Origin: an uncultured Ardenticatenaceae bacterium
GTDB lineage: Bacteria > Chloroflexota > Anaerolineae > Promineifilales > Promineifilaceae
Length of the DNA: 10,815 nucleotides
Reading direction: 5' to 3'
NCBI GenBank assembly: GCA_964585465.1
Contig: CAZPEJ010000116.1
Coordinates: forward strand, 1-10,815
Under the pieces are notes generated by a model. That model was not told the DNA's origin. It ran no database searches and saw nothing but the letters and a program-made list of their open reading frames with translations. The translations under genes and the position numbers were made by a program. Shown here in pieces: positions 1 to 7,563 of the stretch. The first letter of the stretch is position 1. Each line of letters begins with the position of its first letter.

Positions 1-327
1 TTGTACCGGGCTGATGGGTTTGAGCAAAACCGTATCCGATTTCTCCCGCAACTGCTCCGCCAACAAAGCATCGGCCGTTGCCAGAATCACCTGCGTTTTT
101 GCCAGCCGCTCATCCGTCCGAATTTCTTGCAACAACTCCGAGCCAGACACATAAGGCAAATGTAAATCCAACACAATCACTGCTGGCACTATTTCAGCCA
201 ATTGAGTGCGAGCCGACTCACCATCCATAATCAGGATAGTTTCAAACGCGGCAGCCTCCATCGCCAACACAAAAATATCCCCTAATTTGGGATCGTCTTC
301 GATAATCATCGCTAACGGCCGATTCAT
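1..327 (-). CDS. Response regulator, CheY-like receiver domain (N-terminus complete at 327, C-terminus beyond window start)
   Basis: Reverse-complement translation from ATG at 327..325 gives MNRPLAMIIEDDPKLGDIFVLAMEAAAFETILIMDGESARTQLAEIVPAVIVLDLHLPYVSGSELLQEIRTDERLAKTQVILATADALLAEQLREKSDTVLLKPISPVQ. It carries the receiver hallmarks: acidic pair DD near the N-terminus, phospho-acceptor Asp in VLDLHLP, T in ILATAD, K in LLKPISP. It is absent from the ORF track because it has no stop within the window. The start overlaps the kinase stop (ATGA). Confidence 0.8.
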   Translation of the reverse strand, partial: MNRPLAMIIEDDPKLGDIFVLAMEAAAFETILIMDGESARTQLAEIVPAVIVLDLHLPYVSGSELLQEIRTDERLAKTQVILATADALLAEQLREKSDTVLLKPISPVQ

Positions 328-3300
328 TTTCCCTCTAATACCGCCTCTTGTGGGGCTAACACTGGTAACAACACTGTAAAAATACTCCCTTTCCCCACCT
401 CACTCTCCAGTGCAATCTCCCCCTTCATCAAACTAAGCAACTGCTTCACAATAGACAACCCCAACCCTGTCCCCCGATGTTCACGAGTCATCGAGCCATC
501 CACCTGGCGAAATGGCTCAAAAATATAAGTTTGCGCCTCTTTTGGAATCCCAGGGCCAGTATCCGCCACCTGTATTCCCCACTGGGCCGCATTTGCCAGG
601 AAAAAGCTCACCTTCACCTCCCCTTTCTTGGTAAACTTGATGGCATTACCAATCAAATTAACCAACAACTGCTGCAAACGTCGTTCATCCCCATACAAAA
701 CCGTTGGTAATTCCGGCGACAAATGCGTCGCAAAGGTCAACTTCTTGCGCTGGGCCAAAACAGACATTTTTGTTTCCACCTGTTGCAACAGCACCCCAGG
801 TGCAAACGCATCCACATGTAACTGTGTTTTACTGGCTTCAAAGCGGGCAGCATCCAACAACTCGCTCACCAGAGCCGTCAAATAGTGGGTACTTTCAATC
901 ACTTCCCCCGTAATTTGTTTTTGCCGCGCCGACAGGGGGCCAAAGGCTTCATCTTGCAAAAGTTCACTATACCCCAGAATAGCCCCCAACGGCGTGCGTA
1001 ATTCGTGGCTCACCTTTGCCAGCAATTGGCTTTTGAAGTTACTGGCTTCCAACGCCTGGTCACGCGCCACAGCCAGTTGCGCCTCCGCCCGTTTTCGCTC
1101 AATAATGCCAGCCAATGTATTTGCCACAACCTGCAAAAAGCTTTTATCCTTTTCCGTTTTGGGGCAGTCAGTTGGTAAATACAAAACAATCATCCCCAAC
1201 AAAATTTGTCGCGACAGAATTGGAATGCTGTAATGCTGTTCATCCTCCACCCCATTGGCAAACGTCTGCTGATGTTTATTGAGGTTGTAATGGGCTTTAA
1301 GCACCAAAGGTTTTGTTGGCTCTTCTGCCAGGAAAATGCCAGCCTGGGTAGCCGGGTCTAACCAGGAAATAGACAAAATCTCTTGCAACATCGCTGGAAG
1401 CAAATCGTTCAGTGGGGCGGGTTCCATGCTAATTTGCAGTAGGGAAGTGAGCGTTTTTTGTTCCTGGTTGATGCGTTGGAGGGAAACTTCAGCCCGTTTT
1501 CGGTCTTCAATTTCTTTTAGGGCAGAGTCATATAAATTGGCATTGTCTATCACTAAAGCCACTAACTGGGCAAATGAAACACCCGTTTCAATCTGTTCCG
1601 TGTTGAATGGGTAACGTGGTTGTGTGCGCCCCAAAGACAAAACTCCAATACACGCCTCTCCTACCATAACCGGGATGACCGCCACAGCGTACAGGGGATT
1701 GTCATCAAAAATGGGACGATGCTCAGGCCAGGCGATGTAATCTTCCAATACCACTGGTTTGCCAGTATCGTGGGCTTTCCAGGATAGTTTGGCGGTTTGG
1801 CGGTCGGTGCGCTCCTCTGCCAGAAAAGTGTGTTCTTTGGTGTAGGCTCGCACCACCATGTACTCATCTTCTTTGAGCATGATTTCGCCCATAGGGGCAT
1901 CGAGCAGTAAACAGGCCCGTTCAACGACGGCTTGTAATAGCTCTTTCAGGTTTTGCCGATTGAGCAGGTTGAGGGTGGTTTGGTGCAGGATGGAGAGGTA
2001 TTGGTTTTGTTGTTTGAGTTTTTCTTGTAGCTCTCGTTGGGCGGTAATGTCTTCCTGGATAGCGACGTAATGGGTGATTTCTCCCTCCAGGTTGACTACC
2101 GGGGCGATAGTGGCAGATTCCCAAAACAGGGAGCCGTTTTTGTGTTGGTTCTGAAATTCGCCATGCCATATTTGCCCGGAACGGATGGTTTGCCACAGAT
2201 TGGCGTAAAATTGTGATTTTTGTTCGCCCGATTTTAGCAGGCGCGGGGTGTGGCCTACGGCTTCCTGGAAGGAGTAACCGGTTTGTTCTTCAAATTTGGG
2301 GTTGACGTATTCGATAGTGCCTTCTGCGTTGGTGATAAAGATGGTATTGCCACTTTGCTGGATAGCCAGGAAGTATTTTTGTAGTTCGTGGTTACTTTTG
2401 ATGGCCTGGTCGCGGGCTTCTGCCAGGGCGCGGGTGCGTTCGGTGACACGTTGTTCGAGCAGGTCTCGTTCTTGTTGGAAGAGGTTGAGGGCCTGGTTTT
2501 CCATCTGCCAGGCTTTATTTAAGCTGTGCATGAGGAGAATAACGGCCGTTACCAGCGAACTCCCACTAGCCGCAAACACCAACATACTACTGGTAGCTGC
2601 CTGAATTGTGGGCAAAACGGGAGGATCATTGCGAAGGCCAATCGGGATAAAGTTTCCTTGCCCAATCTGCCAGCCAAAAATACTCATGGTTACCAATCCC
2701 ACAAACAGAGCAATCAACCCGCCTTTCGCCTCTGCCAGCAGGGCCGCCAACACCATAAAGGTCAGGAAAAAGGTAAAACTTTCCACCGAGTAGCCATAAG
2801 TAGCAGTTTCTACAAAGGCTAAAACATAAACCAGGCATAACAAAAGGGTGGTTCTGAAATGGAAAGGAATGCTCCGTAACAACCCCAAGAGCCATAACAA
2901 AATAACAATTACGGAAAAAATGAAATTGACCGGGTTGCTAAAACCTCCCAAATAGGGAAAGGTGAAAATAAGGGCGATGCTGCCCAGAAAGGCGGAAGTC
3001 CGCAGGATGAAGGTAAACCCTCGTTCTATCGTTTGGTTCCAGAACGGGTTGACCCCAAAAGGCACCTCAATATCTGTTTTTGGTGGGATAATGAGAAAAT
3101 CTTTCAGGCGTTTCAGGATGGGGTTTGAAACGATACTATCTAATTTGTGGCTGGTTTCGATTCCAGCCAACATTGGCTGGGGGGTCTCCCGCACGGCAAA
3201 ACGTAAGGGGGGGGTGGGGGTTTCGTTAATGTCTTGAATGGTGATGACCCGCCCAATGGGGTGTTTTTGTTGGTCGAATAAAGAAGAAATTCGCACTTCG

Positions 3301-4256
3301 TACCGTCGTTTGGCTTCTCCTTCGCCAATAAAAATTTCCCCGCTGGCTTCGACCACATTTTGGAACTGCTCACTGAGGTGGGGCCAGGGGCTGAGCAGGT
3401 CGGCAAACATCTTGCCAATGGCTTCTGCGGCAGGTACCCCGATCATGTGTGCGGCGGCTGTGTTCAGGTCGGCTACACGGTTACGCCTATCCAAAACAAT
3501 CATGCCGTCCCGCATTCCTTCAATGACCAGATCGCGGGCAATGGGGGCTATGTCTCCCAGGCGATAACCATAAATGCCCCAGGTTAACATGGTCACTGTG
3601 ATGGTGAAGGCAAAGGGGGTGATGTCGAGTTCTGGAATGGGGCTTAAACCGGAAAAGTAAATGACGTTACCGACCCAGGGGGAGAGGATGCCCAAGAGCA
3701 AAGCGACTATCTGGGCGCGGTATAATCCTTGCATGTGGCGCAGGGTGTTGAGCATAACGGCCGTTCCCACAAACATAAAAATGTAGGAATAGGCAAAATG
3801 TACCCAAAACCAGGGGCCATAAATCACCCCCAAGACAGAAAAACCGCCCGCCTCCCTGACAGACATTTCTGCCCACACCAAACCGTGTTGTTCGGTGGTA
3901 AAAAGCAAAATTAGCGTGGTGATGGGCAGCAGGGTCAACCAATTCATCCAACGGGGGTTCCACTGTTTTCCCTGTCTGGTATAGGTTAGGGCAAATAACA
4001 GCCAGAAGTAAGGAGCCGAAACAATGCCCAGGTATTGACTTTTGCCCCAGAAAACTTTGGTTGCCAGATTAGCCCCGGCAATTTCCAGCGCATACCCCAA
4101 TCCCCATTCGGCAATCGCTAAGGCAATTAGGGCCAGCGCAGTGGCCCCAGGGGTGTGGCGGCGCGGCCAGACATAAACAGCAACCAGGATGGAAAACAAA
4201 GCGGCCGTTACCAGGGGCAACGTATAGAAGGAAAATTGAAAATCCATATCAACCAC
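324..4256 (-). CDS. Multi-sensor signal-transduction histidine kinase (1310 aa): N-terminal ~7TM module, PAS, second 5-6 TM module, PAS/PAC, two GAF-like regions, HisKA, HATPase_c
   Basis: ORF track 1310 aa. H-box VSHELRTPLGAILGYSELL, N-box LVNLIGNAIKFT, G1 DTGPGIP, G2 GTGLGLSI. PAS/PAC motif FITNAEGTIEYVNPKFEEQTGYS...WHGEFQNQHKNGSLFWESATIAPV...GEITHYVAIQEDIT. Coiled-coil linkers. Two separate hydrophobic blocks (residues ~10-230 and ~420-560). Confidence 0.92.
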   Translation of the reverse strand: MVDMDFQFSFYTLPLVTAALFSILVAVYVWPRRHTPGATALALIALAIAEWGLGYALEIAGANLATKVFWGKSQYLGIVSAPYFWLLFALTYTRQGKQWNPRWMNWLTLLPITTLILLFTTEQHGLVWAEMSVREAGGFSVLGVIYGPWFWVHFAYSYIFMFVGTAVMLNTLRHMQGLYRAQIVALLLGILSPWVGNVIYFSGLSPIPELDITPFAFTITVTMLTWGIYGYRLGDIAPIARDLVIEGMRDGMIVLDRRNRVADLNTAAAHMIGVPAAEAIGKMFADLLSPWPHLSEQFQNVVEASGEIFIGEGEAKRRYEVRISSLFDQQKHPIGRVITIQDINETPTPPLRFAVRETPQPMLAGIETSHKLDSIVSNPILKRLKDFLIIPPKTDIEVPFGVNPFWNQTIERGFTFILRTSAFLGSIALIFTFPYLGGFSNPVNFIFSVIVILLWLLGLLRSIPFHFRTTLLLCLVYVLAFVETATYGYSVESFTFFLTFMVLAALLAEAKGGLIALFVGLVTMSIFGWQIGQGNFIPIGLRNDPPVLPTIQAATSSMLVFAASGSSLVTAVILLMHSLNKAWQMENQALNLFQQERDLLEQRVTERTRALAEARDQAIKSNHELQKYFLAIQQSGNTIFITNAEGTIEYVNPKFEEQTGYSFQEAVGHTPRLLKSGEQKSQFYANLWQTIRSGQIWHGEFQNQHKNGSLFWESATIAPVVNLEGEITHYVAIQEDITAQRELQEKLKQQNQYLSILHQTTLNLLNRQNLKELLQAVVERACLLLDAPMGEIMLKEDEYMVVRAYTKEHTFLAEERTDRQTAKLSWKAHDTGKPVVLEDYIAWPEHRPIFDDNPLYAVAVIPVMVGEACIGVLSLGRTQPRYPFNTEQIETGVSFAQLVALVIDNANLYDSALKEIEDRKRAEVSLQRINQEQKTLTSLLQISMEPAPLNDLLPAMLQEILSISWLDPATQAGIFLAEEPTKPLVLKAHYNLNKHQQTFANGVEDEQHYSIPILSRQILLGMIVLYLPTDCPKTEKDKSFLQVVANTLAGIIERKRAEAQLAVARDQALEASNFKSQLLAKVSHELRTPLGAILGYSELLQDEAFGPLSARQKQITGEVIESTHYLTALVSELLDAARFEASKTQLHVDAFAPGVLLQQVETKMSVLAQRKKLTFATHLSPELPTVLYGDERRLQQLLVNLIGNAIKFTKKGEVKVSFFLANAAQWGIQVADTGPGIPKEAQTYIFEPFRQVDGSMTREHRGTGLGLSIVKQLLSLMKGEIALESEVGKGSIFTVLLPVLAPQEAVLEGK
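2541..2550. repeat. Perfect copy of iterated palindrome AACGGCCGTT
   Basis: Read directly. Inside the kinase CDS, where it encodes V-T-A-V on the minus strand. Confidence 0.9.
3207..3220. repeat. Homopolymeric tract G8-T-G5 (C5-A-C8 on the coding minus strand) inside the histidine kinase CDS
   Basis: Read directly: aaggggggggtggggg. It encodes the Pro-rich linker ETPTPPL between the first PAS and the second membrane block. Confidence 0.9.
3766..3775. repeat. Perfect copy of iterated palindrome AACGGCCGTT
   Basis: Read directly. Inside the kinase CDS (encodes G-T-A-V). Confidence 0.9.
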
Positions 4257-4373
4257 TTAATCTGTACCAGAACACATGGTAATCACTCAAACTTGTCGTG
4301 GCTCCTCTCTGGCACGTCGTGAATGGTGGTGCCGAAACAGATTCCCTGTTCCCAGAGAAACCAAGTATGTTCA

Positions 4374-4384
4374 TTATAAGTATA
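4374..4384 (-). promoter_or_regulatory. Candidate -10 region (minus-strand TATAAT overlapping TATACT) in AT-rich tract upstream of the histidine kinase gene
   Basis: The plus sequence cattataagtataaatg reads on the minus strand as ...TTTATACTTATAATG.... A perfect TATAAT hexamer lies ~120 nt upstream of the kinase start, inside the only AT-rich stretch of the 4257-4577 gap. No convincing -35 was found. Confidence 0.2.
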
Positions 4385-4577
4385 AATGGCTTACAATTTA
4401 TATGAAACAGGGTTTTTTAGTGCCTTGTATCTGCTCAGACATACGATGTTTTACCTCCTGGTCATCTATGCAGGCTGACGGTAAAAATATCGCATGTTTT
4501 TTGGGGAAGGGCTGTGTGATTATAAAAATTTTGAGGGGTTGGCCATGTGGGTGTGTTGTGTCTCTGGGTTCAAGTTG

Positions 4578-5192
4578 TTAAACCCCATTAACGGCCGTTT
4601 CTGCTTTGTGTAGGGCTGTTGCTACCAGTTGCGCCACCACCCCAAACAGCGTCAGTTCGGCCGGGTCAAAATCTTCACCATTTGCCTTGTTTAAGGCTTG
4701 AATCACCCCAATTACCTGATTGGCATATACAATGGGCACACACAACATAGAACGTGTGTGAAATTGAAACGTGTGGTCTACGTCGGGAGAAAAACGAGTA
4801 TCCAACCGGGCATTTGCAACCATCACCGGAGTGGCATGTTGGGCCACCCAACCCGCGATTCCTTTGCCAATGGGAATACGATGCCCAATGAGCCGTTCTC
4901 GCACTTCCCCATGCACCACCGCAAAAGCCAACTCTTTTGTGTCATGATCTACCAGTAACAACGAACCATCTTGTGCTGTCACACTCGCCAATGCCGCCTG
5001 CAACAGACGATCCAACAAACTCAAAACATCCGTTTGTTGGTTGACATGGGCTGAAACTTCCTGCAACGTAGATAAGGCTGTCAAAATGCGGCGCAGCTTT
5101 TTAACTTCTGCCTGGAGAGTCTGGTTCTCTTCCAAAAGGCGTTTATTTTCATATTGCAAAAAACGGGTTGGGTTGAGGGTACCAGTTGTCAT
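4578..5192 (-). CDS. Stand-alone GAF domain protein with N-terminal coiled coil / leucine-zipper-like segment (204 aa)
   Basis: ORF track 204 aa. N-terminal heptad-like region ENKRLLEENQTLQAEVKKLRRILTALSTLQE. GAF-like core LLLVDHDTKELAFAVVHGE...IGKGIAGWVAQHATPVMVANA...MLCVPIVYANQVIGVIQALNK. Shine-Dalgarno AGGAGAAG 6 nt upstream of the ATG (minus strand). Confidence 0.8.
   Translation of the reverse strand: MTTGTLNPTRFLQYENKRLLEENQTLQAEVKKLRRILTALSTLQEVSAHVNQQTDVLSLLDRLLQAALASVTAQDGSLLLVDHDTKELAFAVVHGEVRERLIGHRIPIGKGIAGWVAQHATPVMVANARLDTRFSPDVDHTFQFHTRSMLCVPIVYANQVIGVIQALNKANGEDFDPAELTLFGVVAQLVATALHKAETAVNGV
4590..4599. repeat. Perfect copy of iterated palindrome AACGGCCGTT
   Basis: Read directly. 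At the 3' end of the GAF CDS (encodes E-T-A-V-N). Followed by TCTGCT. Confidence 0.9.
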
Positions 5193-5215
5193 AACTCTTC
5201 TCCTGCTGGGAACGT

Positions 5216-5285
5216 GGCTATCGGCTAATAGCTATCAGCTATCAGCTATCAGCTATTAGCTATTAGTTATCAGCTATTAGCTGTT
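5216..5285. repeat. Heptanucleotide tandem repeat, ~9-10 units, consensus GCTATCA / GCTATTA (plus strand)
   Basis: Direct reading gives gctatcg gctaata gctatca gctatca gctatca gctatta gctatta gttatca gctatta gctgttt. It lies in the intergenic region 24 bp upstream of the GAF gene start codon. Each unit carries half of the TAGCTA palindrome. Confidence 0.9.
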
Positions 5286-5301
5286 TGTGATTAGCGAGTA
5301 A

Positions 5302-5310
5302 AGTATAACA
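5302..5310 (-). promoter_or_regulatory. Candidate extended -10 element TGtTATACT (minus strand) upstream of the heptamer repeat and GAF gene
   Basis: Plus-strand agtataaca is TGTTATACT on the minus strand. If used, the heptamer repeat array would lie in the 5' leader of the GAF mRNA. This is only pattern-based. Confidence 0.2.
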
Positions 5311-5356
5311 TAAATGGGTGGTAACGATATAGCCTGACAAAAAGGCCATACACGAC

Positions 5357-5396
5357 AAAGGGCGCAGAGAAAAGGAATCTCTGCGCCCTTTGGTTT
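5357..5396 (-). terminator. Rho-independent terminator-like hairpin between the flotillin gene end and the GAF gene
   Basis: A 10-bp GC-rich stem GGGCGCAGAG / CTCTGCGCCC with a 9-nt loop, flanked by AAA on one side and TTTGGTTT on the other (minus-strand tail UUUGUCGUG). It sits 21 bp after the stop of the minus-strand gene ending at 5418 and is potentially bidirectional. Confidence 0.5.
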
Positions 5397-5417
5397 AATG
5401 GTGTGGTTACAATGTGT

Positions 5418-7232
5418 TTATTCAGTGACCGGTTTTGAAGCCTGGGGTTTGGCGGGACGGCCGTTTGGAGCAGTCTCGTTCCGCAACATCAACCCTAACA
5501 ACCCATCTACCATGCCACTGCCTTGCCCGGTGCCACTCACGGCCACATCGGGCACCACCCGCACGTTTTGTTCGCCCACAATTTGCATCATCTGTAAAGC
5601 CACATACCCTTGTGATCCTAAGGCCGTGACTCCTTCGCGGTAGGCTTCCGCTTTGGCCTTGCCGATGTTGCGGATGGCTTCCGCCTCGCCCAATGCCTTG
5701 AGACGAATGCCTTGCGCTTCCCCTTCGGCATGTTTAATTTGGGCTTTGGCTTGCAGCTCTGCAATTTGTACCCCTTGTTCCGCCTGCACCATCTCTTGCT
5801 GAATATCGGCCGTTGCGGTGGCTCGCACCAACTCTTGCCGCTGATCCTGTGCCAGCTTTTGCACCTCGTAAGTTTTGCGTGACTCCTCCGCAATTTTTCG
5901 GTTGGTTTGGGTCAACATCAATTCAGCCGGTGGGGTGATGTCACCAATCAGGGTGTCAATAGCTTGTACATCGTAGGCAGCAATAGCGCGGCGAATATGT
6001 TCGGTGGCCTCACGCTGCCGTTCACTACGGGCATAGAGAAAGTCCAGAACAGTGTACTCCTGCGCCGAGTTGCGGAAGTAGTTGCCCACAATGGGTTGCA
6101 ACACATGGTCAACCAGGTTTTGCACCGACCCCACCCGTGAAATCACTTTGGGCGCGTCCAACGCCCCAATGTGAATGATTTGCGCCACGTCCAGGTTAAA
6201 GGCGAACCCGTCTTTGGAACGCACCGTAATGGGGGAGAGTTTAGAATCGTAGTTGTGCGATTCGGTGCGGCTGGCCCAGTTCAACACAATGTTGGTGGTG
6301 GGCACCAGTTCTGTCTTCATAACACGGATGTTGATAGGGTGTTTACCCGGATATAGCGGTGTGACCCACACCCCCTTGTGCCCAGCTTCCACCAGGTTGC
6401 CATGTTTGAATGCCTCTCCACTGACATCTTGATGCGCCTTGCCCACATAGGCGATAACAATGCCCACATGACCGATGGGAATTTCTGTCATGGGAATTTG
6501 CTCTACGCTGACAAACCAGGGGTTGAGGTTCCAGGAACCAGAGAGTAAAACTTGTTCTTGCAACCCACGACGGCCGTAATTATTCAAAAATATCTGGGCA
6601 TTTTGGAAGTTACTATGTCCGTCTACAATGGGGCCAGCAATTTCCCCTTCATCAATCGGCTGCCCATCCAGGGTGGTGACAATCCCTACACGGTCAGGTT
6701 GCACACTATAGACGCGCAGTTGGGTGGGGTTCATGCCAAATTTTTCGGCGTTATCGGCCATTATAATGGTAAATAGTGCGGTATTGATGCGATAAGTACC
6801 ACCGGTCAAAATGCCTAACTGCCGCCCTTTTTCTCCCTGGCTCATTAAGAACTTACGGGCATCTTGGAAATTGTCGCAGGGCACCACCCGCGCCAAAATC
6901 CGCTCCGGATCAATCGCCATACCATCGGCAGCCATCACCAGACCAATTTGCCCTTGCGGAATGACGGTGACCGGGGCTTTAATGACGGTATATTGCCAGG
7001 GGAAAAAACCCAGATGCCAGCCAGGGGCCAATGTGTCGGCCTGATACCCGGCTTCCCCTTTGAGGGCGACGAGTTTACCTGCTGGCAAAGAACGGCCGAA
7101 CTTCTTAATCACAATGCCCACCTGACGCTCGGTAATAATAACCAACCCTAACAACGATTTGGCAAACAGGGCAAATACCCCCAGGCCAACCAAAACCAGA
7201 AATAAATACAACAAACTTGTTTGACTTAACAT
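5418..7232 (-). CDS. Flotillin-like SPFH / band 7 family membrane protein (YqiK/FloT-like), 604 aa from the ATG at 7232
   Basis: The ORF track opens at 7271 (GTG), but the internal ATG at 7232 is preceded by GGGAGG 8 nt upstream, so 7232 is the preferred start. N-terminal TM LLYLFLVLVGLGVFALFA. SPFH-like core ITVRSKDGFAFNLDVAQIIHIG...YTVLDFLYARSERQREATEHIRRAIAAYD. Long Ala/Glu/Gln-rich coiled coil QELVRATATADIQQEMVQAEQGVQIAELQAKAQIKHAEGEAQGIRLKALGEAEAIRNIGKAKAEAYREG and a flotillin-type C-terminus. Confidence 0.88.
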   Translation of the reverse strand: MLSQTSLLYLFLVLVGLGVFALFAKSLLGLVIITERQVGIVIKKFGRSLPAGKLVALKGEAGYQADTLAPGWHLGFFPWQYTVIKAPVTVIPQGQIGLVMAADGMAIDPERILARVVPCDNFQDARKFLMSQGEKGRQLGILTGGTYRINTALFTIIMADNAEKFGMNPTQLRVYSVQPDRVGIVTTLDGQPIDEGEIAGPIVDGHSNFQNAQIFLNNYGRRGLQEQVLLSGSWNLNPWFVSVEQIPMTEIPIGHVGIVIAYVGKAHQDVSGEAFKHGNLVEAGHKGVWVTPLYPGKHPINIRVMKTELVPTTNIVLNWASRTESHNYDSKLSPITVRSKDGFAFNLDVAQIIHIGALDAPKVISRVGSVQNLVDHVLQPIVGNYFRNSAQEYTVLDFLYARSERQREATEHIRRAIAAYDVQAIDTLIGDITPPAELMLTQTNRKIAEESRKTYEVQKLAQDQRQELVRATATADIQQEMVQAEQGVQIAELQAKAQIKHAEGEAQGIRLKALGEAEAIRNIGKAKAEAYREGVTALGSQGYVALQMMQIVGEQNVRVVPDVAVSGTGQGSGMVDGLLGLMLRNETAPNGRPAKPQASKPVTE

Positions 7233-7324
7233 GACAAAATCCTCCCAACAGACAAACCAGGAAGCGGCCACCTGGCAACCAAACAGTCACCTGGTAAATG
7301 TCCAGAATTAAGTTCCGCCAAGAC

Positions 7325-7344
7325 TTGACAGGTTTGGCAAACCT
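7325..7344 (+). promoter_or_regulatory. Consensus -35-like TTGACA fused to a perfect 7-1-7 palindrome AGGTTTG-g-CAAACCT (operator-like)
   Basis: Read directly: agacTTGACAGGTTTGGCAAACCTatcagg. It lies in the 520-bp divergent region between the flotillin and L,D-transpeptidase genes. No good -10 follows at 17 bp. Confidence 0.25.
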
Positions 7345-7391
7345 ATCAGGTCTAAAAGGGGAAGTTATTTTTAGACGCTCACCTGGCAGGA

Positions 7392-7401
7392 AACGGCCGT
7401 T
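7392..7401. repeat. Perfect copy of iterated palindrome AACGGCCGTT
   Basis: Read directly. Intergenic. Followed by CTGCT. Confidence 0.9.
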
Positions 7402-7563
7402 CTGCTCTCTACAGACAACATCGAATGACCCAGAGAAACACAAAGAAACACGGAACAGAGTTCTGTGTTTAATGCAGCCTGGATAAACTTAACCTATTAA
7501 ATTATGAGTAAAAAGGGGGAGATGAGTTGTGTATCATTTGTCCAGCCACCACCGGGACTCTCA

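Noticed and set aside
1336-3587. Numerous 60-110 aa ORFs on both strands inside the kinase gene (e.g. 2296-2604, 2526-2822, 3238-3567, 1921-2196)
   Set aside because: All lie inside the 1310-aa kinase CDS in alternative frames with low-complexity translations. No independent support.
4406-4420. gaaacagggttttttag looked like the 3' half of an intrinsic terminator (T6 tract)
   Set aside because: The only complement to aacaggg lies ~55 nt upstream (ccctgtt at 4345). There is no compact GC-rich stem, so a terminator call is not supported.
4276-4581. 101-aa plus-strand ORF in the kinase/GAF intergenic gap
   Set aside because: The composition is Cys/Trp/Arg-rich and looks implausible (CRGSSLARREWWCRNRF...). 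It has no ribosome-binding site and runs antisense into the 3' end of the GAF gene, so it is likely spurious.
5216-5285. Considered whether the tandem repeat could be a CRISPR array
   Set aside because: The units are 7 bp with no unique spacers, and there is no leader or cas context. It is a simple microsatellite-type tandem repeat.
5418-7271. GTG start at 7271 for the flotillin gene (as in the ORF track)
   Set aside because: It has a poor ribosome-binding site (AGGT only), and the 13 extra residues MAASWFVCWEDFV are not flotillin-like. The ATG at 7232 has GGGAGG at 8-nt spacing and is preferred.
7105-7443. 112-aa minus-strand ORF spanning the flotillin 5' end and intergenic DNA
   Set aside because: It overlaps the flotillin CDS out of frame. 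The translation is Gly/Cys/Arg-rich with no recognisable features.
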